A stretch of 64,000 nucleotides of DNA from Chiloscyllium plagiosum (GCF_004010195.1 NC_057719.1:93625510-93689509); one strand, 5' to 3'. Shown: positions 12,854 through 26,870, counted from the first letter of the stretch. The notes: generated by a model not told the origin, from the letters alone. Made by a program: numbers and translations.

Positions 12854-13501
12854 TGTGATGGACCACACCAGAACGCCTCGAAAATATTTGAAGGCGGTAG
12901 CCTAAACTGTAATGTTTTCATATTTTAAAGGAAATGTAAACTGTCAGTTCCAGATGTAATGAGAATGTTCAAACTACTCGGTGTGAAGCAAAACACCATT
13001 TATTTAAACACGGAAGATAAAATGAAACCAAAGGAAGGGGAATTTAGAATAATGTAATTCTATTGGCCAAGTTAACACAATAATAGATCTAGGAACTATT
13101 ACTGTTCCAATGAACTGTTCCAATATAGGTAAATCGAACAAACACAGCCCTTGGCAAAAAGGAATATTCAGACACGGATTTTCACAAACATTTCTCCAAT
13201 CCAGGAATTAAAAACAGCATCAGCAGAAAGTTCAGAGCGAGTAGCAGCCAGGAGACATCCACTGAAGCTTCCAACTCTGTGTAGACCCCAATAGTTTCTG
13301 ATGTTACTGTGAAAGCAAAACCCAGAGATCCTAATCAGTGAGAGCTGGCCATACACATTCAGGCTGAATTAAAATAAACCCAAGGCCTCCCTAGCTGTTT
13401 ACTCAAGTGGCCTGAAGTAGCCAGCTTTGTAACAATCATTCAATCTCTCTCTTAAAAGAATCCATGACAAAATAACCTCTTAAAGATACAGCATAATCAC
13501 A
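12854..13501. mobile_element. Solo LTR (family of the 35509 and 39543 LTRs)
   Basis: TG...CA ends, near-TSD ctag/cttg, similar to 35509-36106 and 39543-40164; splits a 42-bp array. Confidence 0.7.
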
Positions 13502-13514
13502 CTTGTCAGCACAT

Positions 13515-13725
13515 CGAGCTGTTAAACAGGAACCAGGGGTAACCCAAACAGGCTCTTGGACGAGGAAGAAACCAGTCAGTCTGTTGAGTCACTGATACAG
13601 CAATAGGATGAGGCCATTCAGCCCCTTGAGTCAATTACACAGGAACAGGAGGAAGCCATTCAGCCCCTTGAGCCACTTATACACGAACAGGAGGAGGCCA
13701 TTCGCCCTCAACGCACTTACACAGA
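13515..13725. repeat. ~42-bp CR1-tail-derived tandem array (continues at ~12710-12850 across the solo LTR)
   Basis: Units like acacaggaacaggaggaagccattcagccccttgagcc. Confidence 0.75.
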
Positions 13726-13747
13726 GACAGAATGAGATAATTAATGC

Positions 13748-13878
13748 TGATTCCTGATGAACGGCTTATGCCAGAAACATCAATTCTCCTGCTTCTCGGA
13801 TGCTGCCTGACCTGCTGTGCTTTTCCAGCAATCCATTCTCTACTCTGATCTCCCGCATCAGCAGTCCTCACTGTCTCC
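13748..13878 (+). mobile_element. Penelope-terminus element with hammerhead-like core
   Basis: ttcCTGATGAacggcttatgccaGAAACATC followed by the family tail. Confidence 0.75.
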
Positions 13879-14249
13879 TAATTGATGCTCTAACATGATG
13901 AACAAGTGGAGGAGAGGCTGCACAGACAGACTGCTCCACGTTGTTCCTCGTGGCTCCATTGCTCATGATACACACGTGGGACTTCAACATGGTTTTCTCG
14001 CGGTGAGCAGGGAAGCCATATGTCTTGTGTAAAGTCTCAAGAAGGCATCGTTCATCTCCGAGAAGCCAGCCTGGTATTCTCTATGTCGGGCGGAATCTGA
14101 TGGGAATGGCTACCTGTTTCAGATGGAAGGTATTGTGGCTGCTGTTGGGGATTGTGAGCAACATGACGTTCAGTACGGGTTCACACGCTGATTGCATAAT
14201 AACGTGGGGAGAGTTAATTTAGGCATATAAACTATTAGAAACGTCACGT

Positions 14250-14477
14250 TAGACTGATGAATGGACTCTCTAAGTTCGAATAATGCTGGTTTTGTTCATG
14301 TTGATCTTGTCTAGTGCATGTCCTGTGCAGTGTAATCTGTATGCCTTATTCTGCCTAAGTCTATTTCCACCCTATTATCTGTCTGGCCATGCTTACTATG
14401 ATCTGCCTCCACTGCTCATAAATAAAGTGTTTCCATGTACTGAGGTACACGTGACAATAAATCAAACCAATCAATCC
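14250..14477 (+). mobile_element. Rex1/Babar-like LINE 3' tail
   Basis: Ends gtactgaggtacacgtgacaataaatcaaaccaatcaatc (short hairpin, AATAAA, AATC repeats). Confidence 0.5.
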
Positions 14478-14834
14478 TGGGGAAAGTATGGAATTTCTCA
14501 CTCTATCAATGCCTCTTTTGCAAATAAGTGATCGCTACCACTCCTCATGTTTCAGCATCACCATTTCTTCATCTCTCACTCGTCTACAGATTAAACATTC
14601 AGCTTCTTTACTCTATCCTCATGTTATCATCATCCGTGTCTGTGGTAAGGAGATCATTCCTACCAAAGGAGATCAACTCTGTAGAGAGTGCCCCAAATGC
14701 TCTCTCAGCAAAGCTCAACAACTGCAGGAAGATGGCTTTACTTATGTACTCGAATCATCATACAAAGAAAGACAGCATTCCATTGACAGCACCCATTCCT
14801 TACACAGGGTTTGATTCAGAGCAGTCCTCATCGA

Positions 14835-15995
14835 CTTGTGAGTGGGAGATCATGTTTCCAAATTTGTTAGAGTTCTTTGATGAAGTGACCAGGAAGGTTG
14901 ATGAGGGCAGAGCGGTAGATGTTGTCTCTCCGCATTTCAGTCAGGCCTTTGATAAGTTTCCACATGGCAGGTTGCTCGGGAAGGTTACATCACGTGGAAT
15001 GCTGGGGGGACTGGCCAATTAGATACACAAATGGCTTGATGGTAGGAAGTAGAGGGTTAAGTGGAAGGATGCTTGTCAGACTGGAGGCTGGGTCCACTGC
15101 TGTTTGTTATCTATGATTTGGTTGAGAATGTACAAGGTATGATTAGTAAGTTTGCAGATGACACGAAAGCAAGTGGGAGCATCATCACTGAGGAATTTTA
15201 TCAGAAATTGCAGCAGGACCTTAATCAGGTGGGGAAGTGGGCCGAGAAATGGCAAATGGAATTTAATATAGAAGTGTGAGATCTTGCATTTTGGAAACAC
15301 AAATCATGGTAGGAGTTTCATTGTGAATGGGAGCGTCTTAAGGGGTGCAGTGGGCGAGAGACCTTAGTGTTCACGTGCACACGGTTCTCTAAGAATGGAG
15401 TCACAGGTAAACAGGGAAGTGAAGAAGGCTTTTGGCACATTGGCCTTCATCAGTCAGGATATTAAGTATAGAAGTTGGGAATTTATGTTGTAGTTACACA
15501 GGACTTTGATAAGGACGTACTTGGAGTATTGTGTTCAGTTTTGTCACCTTTGCTACAGAGAGGATGTTATTAAATTAGAAAGAGTGTAGAAGAAATTTAC
15601 AAAGACGTTGCCAGGACCCATTGGTCTGAGTTATAGGGAGAGTTTGGGCAAGCTAGGACATTTTCTTTAGCGTGAAGGAGACTGAGGGTGTCCTTATAGA
15701 GATGTATAAGATCACGAGGGGTATGGATAAGGTTAAAGCTCTCAGTCTTTTTCCAAGGTGTAGAGAATCAAGGATTAGATGGGATCAGTTTAAAGTTAAA
15801 GGGGAAGGAATAAAAGGGAATGTGAGCAGCCACTTCTTTACACAGAGGATGGCACGTGGTTGTGCTGCCAGCACATGTGGTTGAGGGGTTTACATTAACA
15901 ATAATTCAAAAGGATTTGGATAAATATGTGGATACAAAATGACTGGAAGGATATGGGCCAACTGGAGGGAAATCGGGTGAGCGTGGATGGACATT
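14835..15995 (+). mobile_element. Degenerate CR1 LINE
   Basis: NLLEFFDEVTRKVDEGRAVDV, KFADDTK, WAEKWQMEFN. Confidence 0.88.
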
Positions 15996-18436
15996 TACAA
16001 TGTGGAGTCAAACCCTTCTGTTAATTTAAACCAAACACCCAAAAAAGCTCACCTAACCTCGTAATCTGTTAAAATCTGAATGACACAGATCTCCTTCATT
16101 CCACTATTTAAACAAAAAAATAACAAGTTAGTTTCTTAACTTTAATAGTGAACACTCGACAACAACTATTCACAAATACAAGCCCCTATTTTCTTAACTA
16201 CTTACTATCTGACTCCAACTCTGTAAAAATATGCTAATCCAACAACCCGCAAACTAAACATTACAATCTCGAGACCACACAGAATCCATCTTCCCCGCTG
16301 TGTTCACTCTTCCAGCTGCTGATCTCCCTGGGTCTTTATTGCAAGTAGCTTTTACATGAACATGTATCTTTGATAGAAAGCGTTTGAGATGGCCAGTTAG
16401 CAATCCTGCTCTACAGCAGTTACTCTGCTGTTGGGTGGCAGTGGCTCACCCTCTAGTTTCAAAATGCTGAGTTTATATACTTCCCATGATACAATAATTC
16501 TCATAATTTGATTGCTTTCCAGGTGTCCAAACAATAATATTCAAATTCCATTTGCTTCTGGGATCCTGCGTTATTTAAACCTTTGGTTGTATTTGAATTG
16601 TTGTCAAAACAGCAACCAAAACTCAGGTATCCATTTCCCAGCTAATGGTGATATGTGGAACAGGCTGACCTTTAGGGGGCATCTGTCGCTCTACTTTCTA
16701 TTCAGCAAAACCCGTTCTGTCTTAAAGTGACCAGACATGCTTTCGACTTCATAAGACCTCCCCCCTTCAGAAAATAAACATGAACTAGCAGAATGAAAAG
16801 ATGGCTTCATTTCTTTTCCTCTAATTCTTAATCCCGTTATTATGAATTACAAAAGTATTAATCTCAGCTATACCATATATATTAATTCTGCACACATATG
16901 TAACACTGCAATAAATCAAATCTTACCTGAAACGTTCCCTTTAAATCCACGATAACACATCTGCTATCACATTTTAGGACCCACACATGTACATTTTATA
17001 AGTTTAAAGTCGGTAAGATAAGACTCCAATTAAATACTCTCATATTCTGGTCTTTAAATATTCAAAAAAATGCGAGAGGTTTGTCGTTATCCACAATCAT
17101 CTCCGACAATTTTGTCATATAAACATTAAAATTTTGTCAGTCCAGTGCGAAATTTAATCATTCTTTTTCAATAATGGAGATTTTGTATTTTTTTTTCTGC
17201 TGAATATTGAGTTTTTTCGACAAGTAGCCAATTGGCCATTCAATTCCATCATCATCTTTCTGTATCAATACATCTCCGAGCCCTATATCCCCAGTATCAA
17301 ATACAATTTTCAAAGATTTTCAAAATATTTGGTGCAGCTAAAACTGGTGTGGTGATTAATCCTGCTTTAAAATTCTCAAATGCCTCCTGGCATTGTTCTG
17401 TCCACCACAATTCTGTGTTGGTCTTTAATAAATCCATCAGTGGTGCCAATACGCTGCTGATGTTTGCAACAAACTTCCGTTAGAATCCACTCAGTTCCAA
17501 ATATCGAAGCACCTCTTCCTTCGAGGATGGTCGTGGAAATTCCTCAAAGCTATTCGTCTTTGTGTTCCATGGTGTCAACATTCCATGGCCAATCTAATGT
17601 TCCATGAACGTCACCTCTGCATTCGCGAATTCTGTTTTCTTTAAGTTTATTACCAATATGCTTCTTGCAATCGCTCAACAAGCTCTGCCAACTGTAACAT
17701 GTGAGCTTTCAATCACTTGCTAAAGATCACTACATCATACAGATAAACTGCACAATTTGTTCATCTAGACACAACTCTGTTCCTGAGTCTTCAATATGTC
17801 TGGAGCATTATTCATTCACATGACATTCTCTAACATTTTTTGTCATATCCGGTAGGTTTACCAGATAGTTTAAATGACTCAACATTTTTTTTAATTTGAA
17901 AGGGGCCACTAAACCTGGCTTTGAAGGGATATCCTACCACTGGTGGCAATACTAATCCCACATCCCCACGTGAAATCGTCAAAGTTTCAGAGTTTTCATC
18001 TGCCACCAGCTTCATTCTATGCTGTGCCCTCGTCAGGTGCTGTTTAGCTAACTCACCTACTAGGTCTAATCTCTCCCTCACCTCAGATACATAATCCAAG
18101 TGTGAGATTCATCTCACAGGACTTTGGTCGTGTCAATTTATATTTAATTAATTTCAAAGGACATCTCACTTCATGCACAAATATTAACTCAAAGGAAATA
18201 AACTGAGTAGATTTATTTGGGACATCTCTAATGGCAAACAATGTAATGAGACGCCTTTATTCCAATCATTCTGGTAATTCTGACAGTACACTGTTAATAT
18301 TATCTTCAGCTTCTGATGCCAACTTTACAAGGCTCCCTGGGATTCGGGATGGGACACACTTGATTTAAACTGCTGTATTCTGGATCAGTGGTGCTGAAAG
18401 AGCACAGCAGTTCAGGCAGCATCCGAGGAGCTTCGA

Positions 18437-18472
18437 AATCGACGTTTCAGGCAAAAGCCCTTCATCAGGAAT
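18437..18472 (-). ncRNA. Minimal type I hammerhead motif
   Basis: AUUC-CUGAUGA-A-GGGC-UUUU-GCCU-GAAA-CGUC-GAUU; core intact, stem I weak. Confidence 0.6.
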
Positions 18473-18525
18473 AAAGGCGGAGAGCCTGAAGCGTGGAGAG
18501 ATAAGCTAGAGGAGGGTGGGGGTGG

Positions 18526-19133
18526 NNNNNNNNNNNNNNNNNNNNNNNNNNNNNNNNNNNNNNNNNNNNNNNNNNNNNNNNNNNNNNNNNNNNNNNNNNN
18601 NNNNNNNNNNNNNNNNNNNNNNNNNNNNNNNNNNNNNNNNNNNNNNNNNNNNNNNNNNNNNNNNNNNNNNNNNNNNNNNNNNNNNNNNNNNNNNNNNNNN
18701 NNNNNNNNNNNNNNNNNNNNNNNNNNNNNNNNNNNNNNNNNNNNNNNNNNNNNNNNNNNNNNNNNNNNNNNNNNNNNNNNNNNNNNNNNNNNNNNNNNNN
18801 NNNNNNNNNNNNNNNNNNNNNNNNNNNNNNNNNNNNNNNNNNNNNNNNNNNNNNNNNNNNNNNNNNNNNNNNNNNNNNNNNNNNNNNNNNNNNNNNNNNN
18901 NNNNNNNNNNNNNNNNNNNNNNNNNNNNNNNNNNNNNNNNNNNNNNNNNNNNNNNNNNNNNNNNNNNNNNNNNNNNNNNNNNNNNNNNNNNNNNNNNNNN
19001 NNNNNNNNNNNNNNNNNNNNNNNNNNNNNNNNNNNNNNNNNNNNNNNNNNNNNNNNNNNNNNNNNNNNNNNNNNNNNNNNNNNNNNNNNNNNNNNNNNNN
19101 NNNNNNNNNNNNNNNNNNNNNNNNNNNNNNNNN
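18526..19133. other. Assembly gap (608 N)
   Basis: Run of N. Confidence 1.
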
Positions 19134-20027
19134 GTTGGAGGGGTTGGGTCTGAGGGCGGAGGTGCGCGATGTGGACGAGATGCGTTGGAGGGCATATTTC
19201 ACCACGTGGGAAGGGAAATTGTTGTCTCTAAAGAAGGATGCCTAAGCTATCCATGACTTCCTTAAACAGCTGAGCGGTAAAATGGGACCCTTGGTCTGAA
19301 TGAATCACACTGCATAGCCCACAGCGAGTAAAGAAAGCTACCAACTCCTCTACCTCCCTTATTGCCTTAATACCCCATAATGGAATTATCCCTGGAAATC
19401 TGGTAGACACATCCATTATGATCAGCAGATATTGGTTTCCACTTTTATTTTAGAAACAGGAGCTCCACAATTAATCATAACCCACGTGAAAGGTTCTTCT
19501 AATCCAGGAATTGGCAACAAAGCTGCTGGTTTTATTACTGCCTGTGACCGACCTACCATTTGGCATGTATGACATGTACAACTAAAATTAACCACATCTA
19601 TGTGCATTCCAGCCACTAGAAATGTTTTAGCCTGAGCCTTCCATGCATCAACTCCTTTGGCTTTTTCTTTCGGTTTTCCTTCCTGTTGTAACTGATGACA
19701 GCGGGATCTTGTTACTACACTGTCTGGAAAGATCTCTGGATATTTTTCTTTTAATTGCCCAGTTCCCTTTTCTTACTTTGGCTTCTCCACCACAAGGGGT
19801 GCCTCTCCCACCTTGGATCCTGCTAAATCATTTCAAAGAACAAACTGTATTCCTGGAACTAACACTCTATCACTCACTCTCACTGTGACTTCCCCAAACT
19901 TGATTTGGCACTCCAACCTGATGTTACACAAGAGAATGTTTAGTTTCTACCCCCATTCCACAGATTATCACGCTGTTGATTAATATGTCAGAAAGAGTGA
20001 AAATACTTCCATCGCTTACTATTAGAG

Positions 20028-20683
20028 GCGGAGGGAAAGTGAGGATTGCAGATGCTGGAGATCAGAGTTGAAAAATGTGGGTCTGGAAAAGCACAGCAGG
20101 TCGGCGGCATCCGAGTGGCAGGAGAGTTGACGTTTCAGACATACGTCCTTCATCAGGAAAGTGTGGATAAGGGAGGGGGAAAGTGGCTGCGAACTAAATA
20201 AGAGGGTGGGGGTGGAGCTGGGTGGAAAGGAGCTTAGAAGGAGATCAGTAGATGCAGGTGTTGCCTGATGGTGAAAGGTCGGAGAGGACGGTGAAGAGGA
20301 TAGGTGGTAGGACAGCTGGAACCCTCAAACTACACAGCATCAACGTTGACTTCACCAATTTCCAAATCTCCCCTCCCCAGCCTCATCCCAGATCCAACCA
20401 TTCAATTTAGCACTGCCCTCTTGAACTGTCCTAACTGTCCACCCTCCTTCCTACCTATCCACTCAACCCTCCCCTCCGACATATCACAATTACTCCCACC
20501 TATATCTTCCTATCGCCCTCCCAGTGACCCTCCCGCCAGCCCAGCTCCTTCTCACCCATTTATCTTTCAACCCCCTTGTCCCCACACTACATTCCTGACG
20601 ATGGGTTTATGCCTGACATGTCAATTGTCCTGCTCTTCGAATGCTGCCTGATTTGTTGCGACTTTCTGGCCCCTTAATTCTCA
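20028..20683. mobile_element. Penelope derivative with inverted termini, inserted in the Gypsy element
   Basis: 10-bp TSD actattagag 20018-20027 / 20684-20693; decayed hammerhead motifs at ~20126-20160 (-) and ~20591-20625 (+). Confidence 0.8.
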
Positions 20684-21383
20684 ACTATTAGAGACTGAGC
20701 AGAACCCGTATCTTGGAAAATGATAACTACTTGTCCTCCCCCGGCACCCCGTTTTTCGTTAGTATGGTTTATCTACGGAGGCAAATTCTTTATAGAGATC
20801 AGGCACTGACTCCATACACAACCCCTGCTGAGGCAGTGCACTCTGCTGCAGCTCTTCGGCTCCACTTGTGGGTATCCTTTACCAGGTTCACTAATGCTAC
20901 TGGCTTAAACCCTTCTTTAACATCTTTTCCCAAAGTGTCTTCCTTCAATGCCCAGCACTGTGTGTCCCAGCTCACTGCAGTGAAAATACCTTTTCACAGT
21001 GCACTTCTTAAACCATCGGCACTGTAATTTTTAGGTGTTCCACTACGTTATAGTGAGAACACCTGAGGCCTTTCACTTCTTTTCAACCCCTTGGATTTCT
21101 TTTTTCATCTGTGGTAAACTATTGCCAGTGTGCTTTTCTCTATGTTTTGTAGTGTAGGATCTCCCCTTCAACCAATTTTTATGAATCACAGGATGAAAAT
21201 TCTCCCAGAAGCTAAATTTAATCTCATGCACCAATACATATTTACCTGCCATTTCTGCCGTGCTTCTCACTTCTTGAACTTCCTGTTCATCCACATGAAA
21301 TCTTACCATCTCTGGAATTGAGTCTTTAAACTCCTCCAGCAGAATAATCTCGCTTCAAGCCTCACAGGTCTTATCCATTTTTA

Positions 21384-21519
21384 TGCATGATTCCTGAAGT
21401 AGGGCTTATGCCCGAAACGTCGATTCTCCTGCTTCTTTGATGCTGCCTGACCTGCTGCGCTTTTCCATCAACACATTTTTAAGCTCTGATCCCCAGCATC
21501 TGCAGTCACCACTTTCTCT
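21384..21519 (+). mobile_element. Penelope-terminus element inserted in Gypsy gag
   Basis: 13-bp TSD ttatccattttta 21371-21383 / 21520-21532; CTGAAGT-A-GGGCTTATGCCC-GAAACGTC. Confidence 0.82.
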
Positions 21520-22569
21520 TTATCCATTTTTAAGGCCTATCAAAATGACTCTGTTTAATTCTTTCAAACTCAATATAAGTCTGACCTGGTTCTGTCTCTA
21601 TATTTCTGAACCGCTGTCTGTATTCTTCTAGTACCAATTCATAAGCACTTAAAATAGCCTGTTTGACATCTGCATGATCTCTTGCTCCCTCATGTGACAG
21701 GACTGCACATACCTCTCAAGCTGTACCCACCAGCTTAGTCTGAACTAGCATTACCCACAAGCTCACTGGACATGTCATCGGCCAAGCCAATTTTGCCAAT
21801 GAAATAAAAATGTTTTGGCATTTTTCGCACAGAAACATGGCAATGGATTAACATAGTTGTATACATCCCTACGTTCTTCCTTCATCTTCATCCTGCTAAT
21901 TTAACTTTTTTATCTAATTCCAAACTTCTGAATTTCAAATTCTCCCTCTCTTCCTTTTTCCTCTCTTTCTCTTTCTCTATCTTCTCTTTCTCTTTCTGTC
22001 CCTCTCTTTATCTTCTAACTCCAGTTGCCATATTTGCAATTTAAGTTTGTACTAACTCGACTGCAGTTGCCCGTTTCTCTGATACACCAAAGTGCTTGAC
22101 CAACTCCATTATGATTACAGCTTTCCTTTTGTCCTTGGTGAAACCTAATTCTAATCTACATGTTATTCTAACAGTATGCCCTTCCTTTGTCTTTCTACAC
22201 TTTCTTGCCAATATTGGGAATCAGCTTCAAACCTCATAACCTCTTTAGTAATGCTAAAAGCCATTTCTTTTAATTTAACCAACCACAAGGAAACAAAATT
22301 AAATGAATTTTCTCACCTATTTTATTTGAATGTCTAGGTCACTAACTGCCAAGTGATGGGATCTTCTGGGACCTGTTGTACACCACATCTGTTCAAATCT
22401 GTCCAAATCCCATACGACAAGCCCTCAAACTGTTATGATGTCGATGTCGAACTCCCCGTTAATTAAAACCACAGACCCAGAAAAGCTCACCTCATCTCGT
22501 AATCTGTTAAAACATGAGTGACAAAGTCGTCCCAAATTCCACTATTCAGAGAAAAATAACAATTTATAA

Positions 22570-22960
22570 GTACGTATGTTAACTCGCTGAGCTTGAAGGT
22601 TTGTTTTCAGATGTTTCGTCACCATGACTAGGTAACATCATCAGTGAGAGTCTCTGGTGACGCACTGGTGGTATGTCCTGCCTCTCTATTTATAGGTCTT
22701 GGTTTCTTAAGGTGCGTGATGTCATTTCCAGTTCTTTCTTTCAAGGGATGGTAGATAGGATCTAAACTGATGTGTTTATTGATGTACTTCTGGATAGAAT
22801 GTCATGCCACTAAGAACGTTTGTGCTTGTCTTTGTCCAAGGAAGTGTGTGTTGTCACAGTCAGCGTGGTGCCCTTCTTTGTCTCTATGTATGGAAACTAG
22901 TGATAGTGGGTCATGTCTTTTGGTGGCCAGTTGGCGTTCATATATCCTGCTGGCACAACA
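22570..22960 (-). mobile_element. Poseidon-type Penelope 3' end
   Basis: RIYERQLATKRHDPLSLVSIH resembles the 5540-5700 region; terminal repeat present. Confidence 0.82.
22607..22647 (-). ncRNA. Minimal type I hammerhead motif
   Basis: UCA-CUGAUGA-U-GUUACC/GGUGAC-GAAA-CAUC-UGA; 6-bp stem II, stem I UCA/UGA. Confidence 0.65.
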
Positions 22961-24134
22961 ACAGGAGAGCTTGAAATGGAGGAAAAATGATTTTATATAC
23001 ACTGTTTAATCAGTGTGTGTTCAGCTAAGGAAGAGTGTTCATATTTGTACGACACAACCTGAATGAACAATGGAGACACAGTTAACGAAAGATGATGCAC
23101 ATGATGTATAATATTTATAAAGCGTGAAAACATTATTTGATCCTCATATAAAGTGATACCTTCCCTTTCTCTCAACGTTCCCCCTTTTCTGGGATTCCCA
23201 ACTCTAATCTTTCATTCTTATCAGGATGTGTGTTATACATTCTTGCCTCTCGTGTCCCAACTTGTTTCAGTTAATCCCCTTTCTACCAGCAATTAAATAT
23301 GTTGGCCTGCTGGGTTCTTTCCAAAACTAGCGTCTGTCATATTATTGGAGATAAAACTTATGGCATCAGACCCAGTATTTGAACATATTGCTCTGCTGTC
23401 CGTGCACTGTAGAAAGGACCACGTCACACAGGAATTGCCAACACATTGAGCGAAGTACATCTACTTCTTTCGATAATCTAATTTTCTTATTTTCAGCATC
23501 GCCATATCTTTGTATCTAGTAAAGAAATCCACCAATTATTCTTCGTGTCCCATCTCTCGAAACCCCTTCTTTCAGTTTATATCTAATGCTGTCTTCAAGA
23601 TGTAATGTGGTTATAATTAAGCAATGTAACTACAAAGACATGCAGGAGCAGCTGGCCAGAGTTAATTGGAAGGGGAGCTGAGCAGAAAAGACCATGGAGC
23701 AGCAATGGGAGGAGTTTATGGGATAATTCGGAAGATAATACCAGAAATGCAACCCCAAGAAGATGAAACATACTCATGGGAGGACAAAGCAACCATGAGT
23801 GATAAGGCATCAAACCAAACGAGAAAACATACAATGTGGTGAAGATGATTGGGAACCCAGAGAATTCATTGGCTCTGAAACAAAAGGGCACACCGTCATC
23901 TCTATTCACATTGTTCTCCACCTGTCACGTGTTTACCCATTCACTCCACTTGTCTGAGTCTTCTCAGTGCTTTTTTACATCCTCCTCACCCACTCACAAT
24001 CCCACATCCGTTAGTGCTGTCAGCAGGCTGGGATAATTGATTCCAGCAACCGAATGTTTAAAGGGCATTGTGGACAGCTGGACCCCAAGCACCCATCCCT
24101 GCGACACCTCAGCAACCTTTCCTCTGTTAATTTC

Positions 24135-26870
24135 TATTTATTTATTTCGTGAATCTCGGAGTCACTGGCTGGGCCAGCATTTATTGCCTGTCCCCAGTTG
24201 CCCTTGAGAAGGTGGTGGTGAGCTGCCTTGTTGAACGCTGCAGTCCACCTGCTGCTGTTGACCTCCAATGCCATTAGGGAGGGAATTCCAAGATTCTGAC
24301 CCAGTGACTGTGAAGGAGCAGTGATATATTTCCAAGTCAGGATGGTGAATGGCTTGGAGGGGAACCTGAATATGATGGTATTTCCATACATCTGTAGCTC
24401 TTGTCCTTCCAGATAGACATGGTCGTGAGTTGGAAAGATGGTCTGTGAGGATCGATGGTGAATCACTTCATTGCAGCATGTAGATACTAAAACACTACTG
24501 CTGCTGCTGAGCATTGATGGTGGAGCATTGTGAATGAAGGGACAGTCAAACTGGCTGCTTTGTCTTGGATGGTATAAAGCTTCTTGAGTGTGTTTGGGGC
24601 TGCACTCATCACTTGGGAGTCTTCTATCACACTTCTGACTTCTGCATTGTAGATGATGGACAGACTGTTAGAAGTCAGGATGTGAGTTACTCGCTGCAGT
24701 ATTCCTAGCTTGTGACCTGCTCTTGTAGTTACTGTGTTTATGTGGCGAGACCAGTGAGTTTCTGAGGAATGATCACCCACCAGGACTTTGATACTGGGGG
24801 ATTCAGTGATAGTAACATCATTGAATTCCAAGGGACAGGTTAGATTGTAGTTTAATGGTGATGGTCACGGTCTGGCATTTGGGTGGCCTGAATATTACTT
24901 GCCACTTGTCAGCCTGGATACTGTCCAGATCTTGTCACATTTGAACATGGACTGCTTCAGTATCTGAGGAGCCACAAATGTTGCAAAATATTGTACAATC
25001 ATTGGCGAACATCCCCACTTCTGACTTTAAAATGGAGGGAAGGTCATTGATGAAGCAGCCCTGAAGAAGTTTTCGGCCACTGCTCGAGGGACTCCTACAG
25101 ACTTGAAGCTGAGTTGACTGACCTTCATCAACCATGACCATCTTCCTATGTGTCAGGTATGATTCTAACCAGCAGGGAGTTTGCCTCCGATACCCATTGA
25201 TTCCAGAGTTGCTAAGGCCCCTTGATACCACACTTGGTCGAAGCCAGCCTTGATTTAAAGGGCTATCGCTCTCACCCCACCTCTGGAATTCAGCTCTTTT
25301 GTCCATGTTGGAACCACGGTAATGGGGTCAGGAGCTGAGTGGCCCTGGTGGAGCCCAAACTGGGAGTCATTGACCAGGGTATTGCTGAGCAGGTGCTGCT
25401 TGAAAGCACTGAGACCTTCCACAACTTTACTGATGATCTAGTGTAGACTGATGGAGTGGTATTTGGCCAGATTGGATTTGTTCTGCCTTTTATATATAGG
25501 AGATACTTGTGGTCATTTTCCACATAATCGGGAAAAGCCATTGTTGTAATTGTATTGAAACAGTTTGGCTAGGGGAGTGGCAAGTAATGGAGCACAACTT
25601 TTCAGTACTATTGCCAGAATGTTGTCAGATTTTGGACAATTTGGGGTATCCAGTATCTCCAACCGTTTCTGGATATCGCGTGGACTGAATCGAATTGGTT
25701 GATGACTGGTAACTGAATCGCTGCGGACCACTGGAGGAGGCTGAGATGGATCATCCATTCAGCATTTCTGACTGAAGATTGTTGCGAAAGCATCAGCCTT
25801 ATTCTATACACTGAAGTGCTGGGCTCTTCCATCATTAAGGATGGGGATATTTGTGAAATCTCTTCCTCCAGTGAATTGTTTAATTGTCCCCAACGTTTCT
25901 CGACTAGATGTGGAAGGACTGCAGAGCTGAGATCTGATCCTTTGCTTGTGGGACGACTTCACTCTGTCTATCACTCACAGCTTATGATGTTTGGCGCACA
26001 AGTAGTCCTGTTTGGTGGCTTCAACAGGCTGACACCTCATTTCCTGGTATGCCCAGTGCTGTACCTGCCATCCTAAACACTCCATTGTACCAAGGTTGAT
26101 CCTCTGGCTTGATGGTAATTGTTGCGAGGGGGATACGCCAGGCCATGAGGTTGTGTGGATGTACAACTCTGCTGCTATTGATGACCCACAACACCTTATA
26201 TACACCCACACTTGAGCTGCTAGATCTGTTCGAAGTCTGCCCTATTTAGCACCGTGATAGTACCACCCAAAATTGTAGAGGTTATTCTCAATGTGCTGGT
26301 GTGACTTTGTCTCCACAATGACTATGCGGTGGCCTCTCTTACCGATACTGTCATGGATAGTGGCAGATTAGTCAGGCTATGGTCAAGTATGTATTTTCCT
26401 CTTGCTGGTTCCTTCACCACCTGCCACAGAACCAGTCTAGCAGTTATATCCTTTAGGACCCGGCCAGCTCGATCAGTAATGCTGTAGCAGAGATGCTCTC
26501 TGAGGTGGACATTGAAATCCTCCACCCAGAGTACATCTTGCGTCCGTGCTACCTTCAGTGCTTCCTCCAAGTGTTGGTAAGCATGGAGGAGGACTGATTC
26601 ATCAGTTGAGAGAGGCTGGTACATGGTAATAAGCAGGAGGTTTCCTTTCCCATGTGCAAACTAATGCCATAGGACTTCATGGGATACGGAGTTTCTGTTG
26701 AGGACTCCAAGAGCAATTCCCTTCCAACTGTTTCCCACTGTGCCGCCACTTCTGCTGTGTCTGTCCTGCTAATGAGACAGGAGATAGCCGGGGAAGGTGA
26801 TGGGAAGTCTGGGACATAGTCATACTCACAGAATCAAAACTTTCAGACAATGTCAGGCTGTTGCTTGACG
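24135..26870 (-). mobile_element. CR1/L2-group LINE of a distinct family, near-complete degenerate ORF2
   Basis: WVEDFNVH (endonuclease), LATPLAKLFQY, INDLPSILKSEVGMFANDCT (RT), W.RHINTV.TRAG.KLGIL; (TTTA)-type tail at ~24135; absent from paralogous block near 58030. Confidence 0.82.

Larger units (their letters stand above)
18378..19249 (-). mobile_element. Neptune-type Penelope insertion in the Gypsy integrase, containing the assembly gap
   Basis: Both gap flanks match 36240-36381 and ~37160-37240 colinearly; integrase reads LGI|QQFKSS across the insertion. Confidence 0.8.
16000..22565 (-). mobile_element. Degenerate Gmr1-type Gypsy LTR retrotransposon (gag...integrase-RT-RNase H)
   Basis: LTRs ~16000-16754 and 22431-22565 (truncated); PPT gaaggggggagg (16768-16757); tRNA-Pro-like PBS ~22408-22427; integrase CHTCQMVG, HSDQGSHFT, HPESQGAL at 19620-17850 lies upstream of RT (NCAVYL.DVVIFS, ~17750). 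Confidence 0.85.

Noticed and set aside
14528..15022. 164-aa ORF
   Set aside because: Chance read-through from non-coding DNA into a CR1 RT fragment.
18465..19256. Long X-containing ORFs; gap possibly hiding GPCR exons
   Set aside because: ORFs are artefacts of the N run. Both flanks are colinear parts of one Penelope element (~780 bp apart in the 36-37 kb copy).
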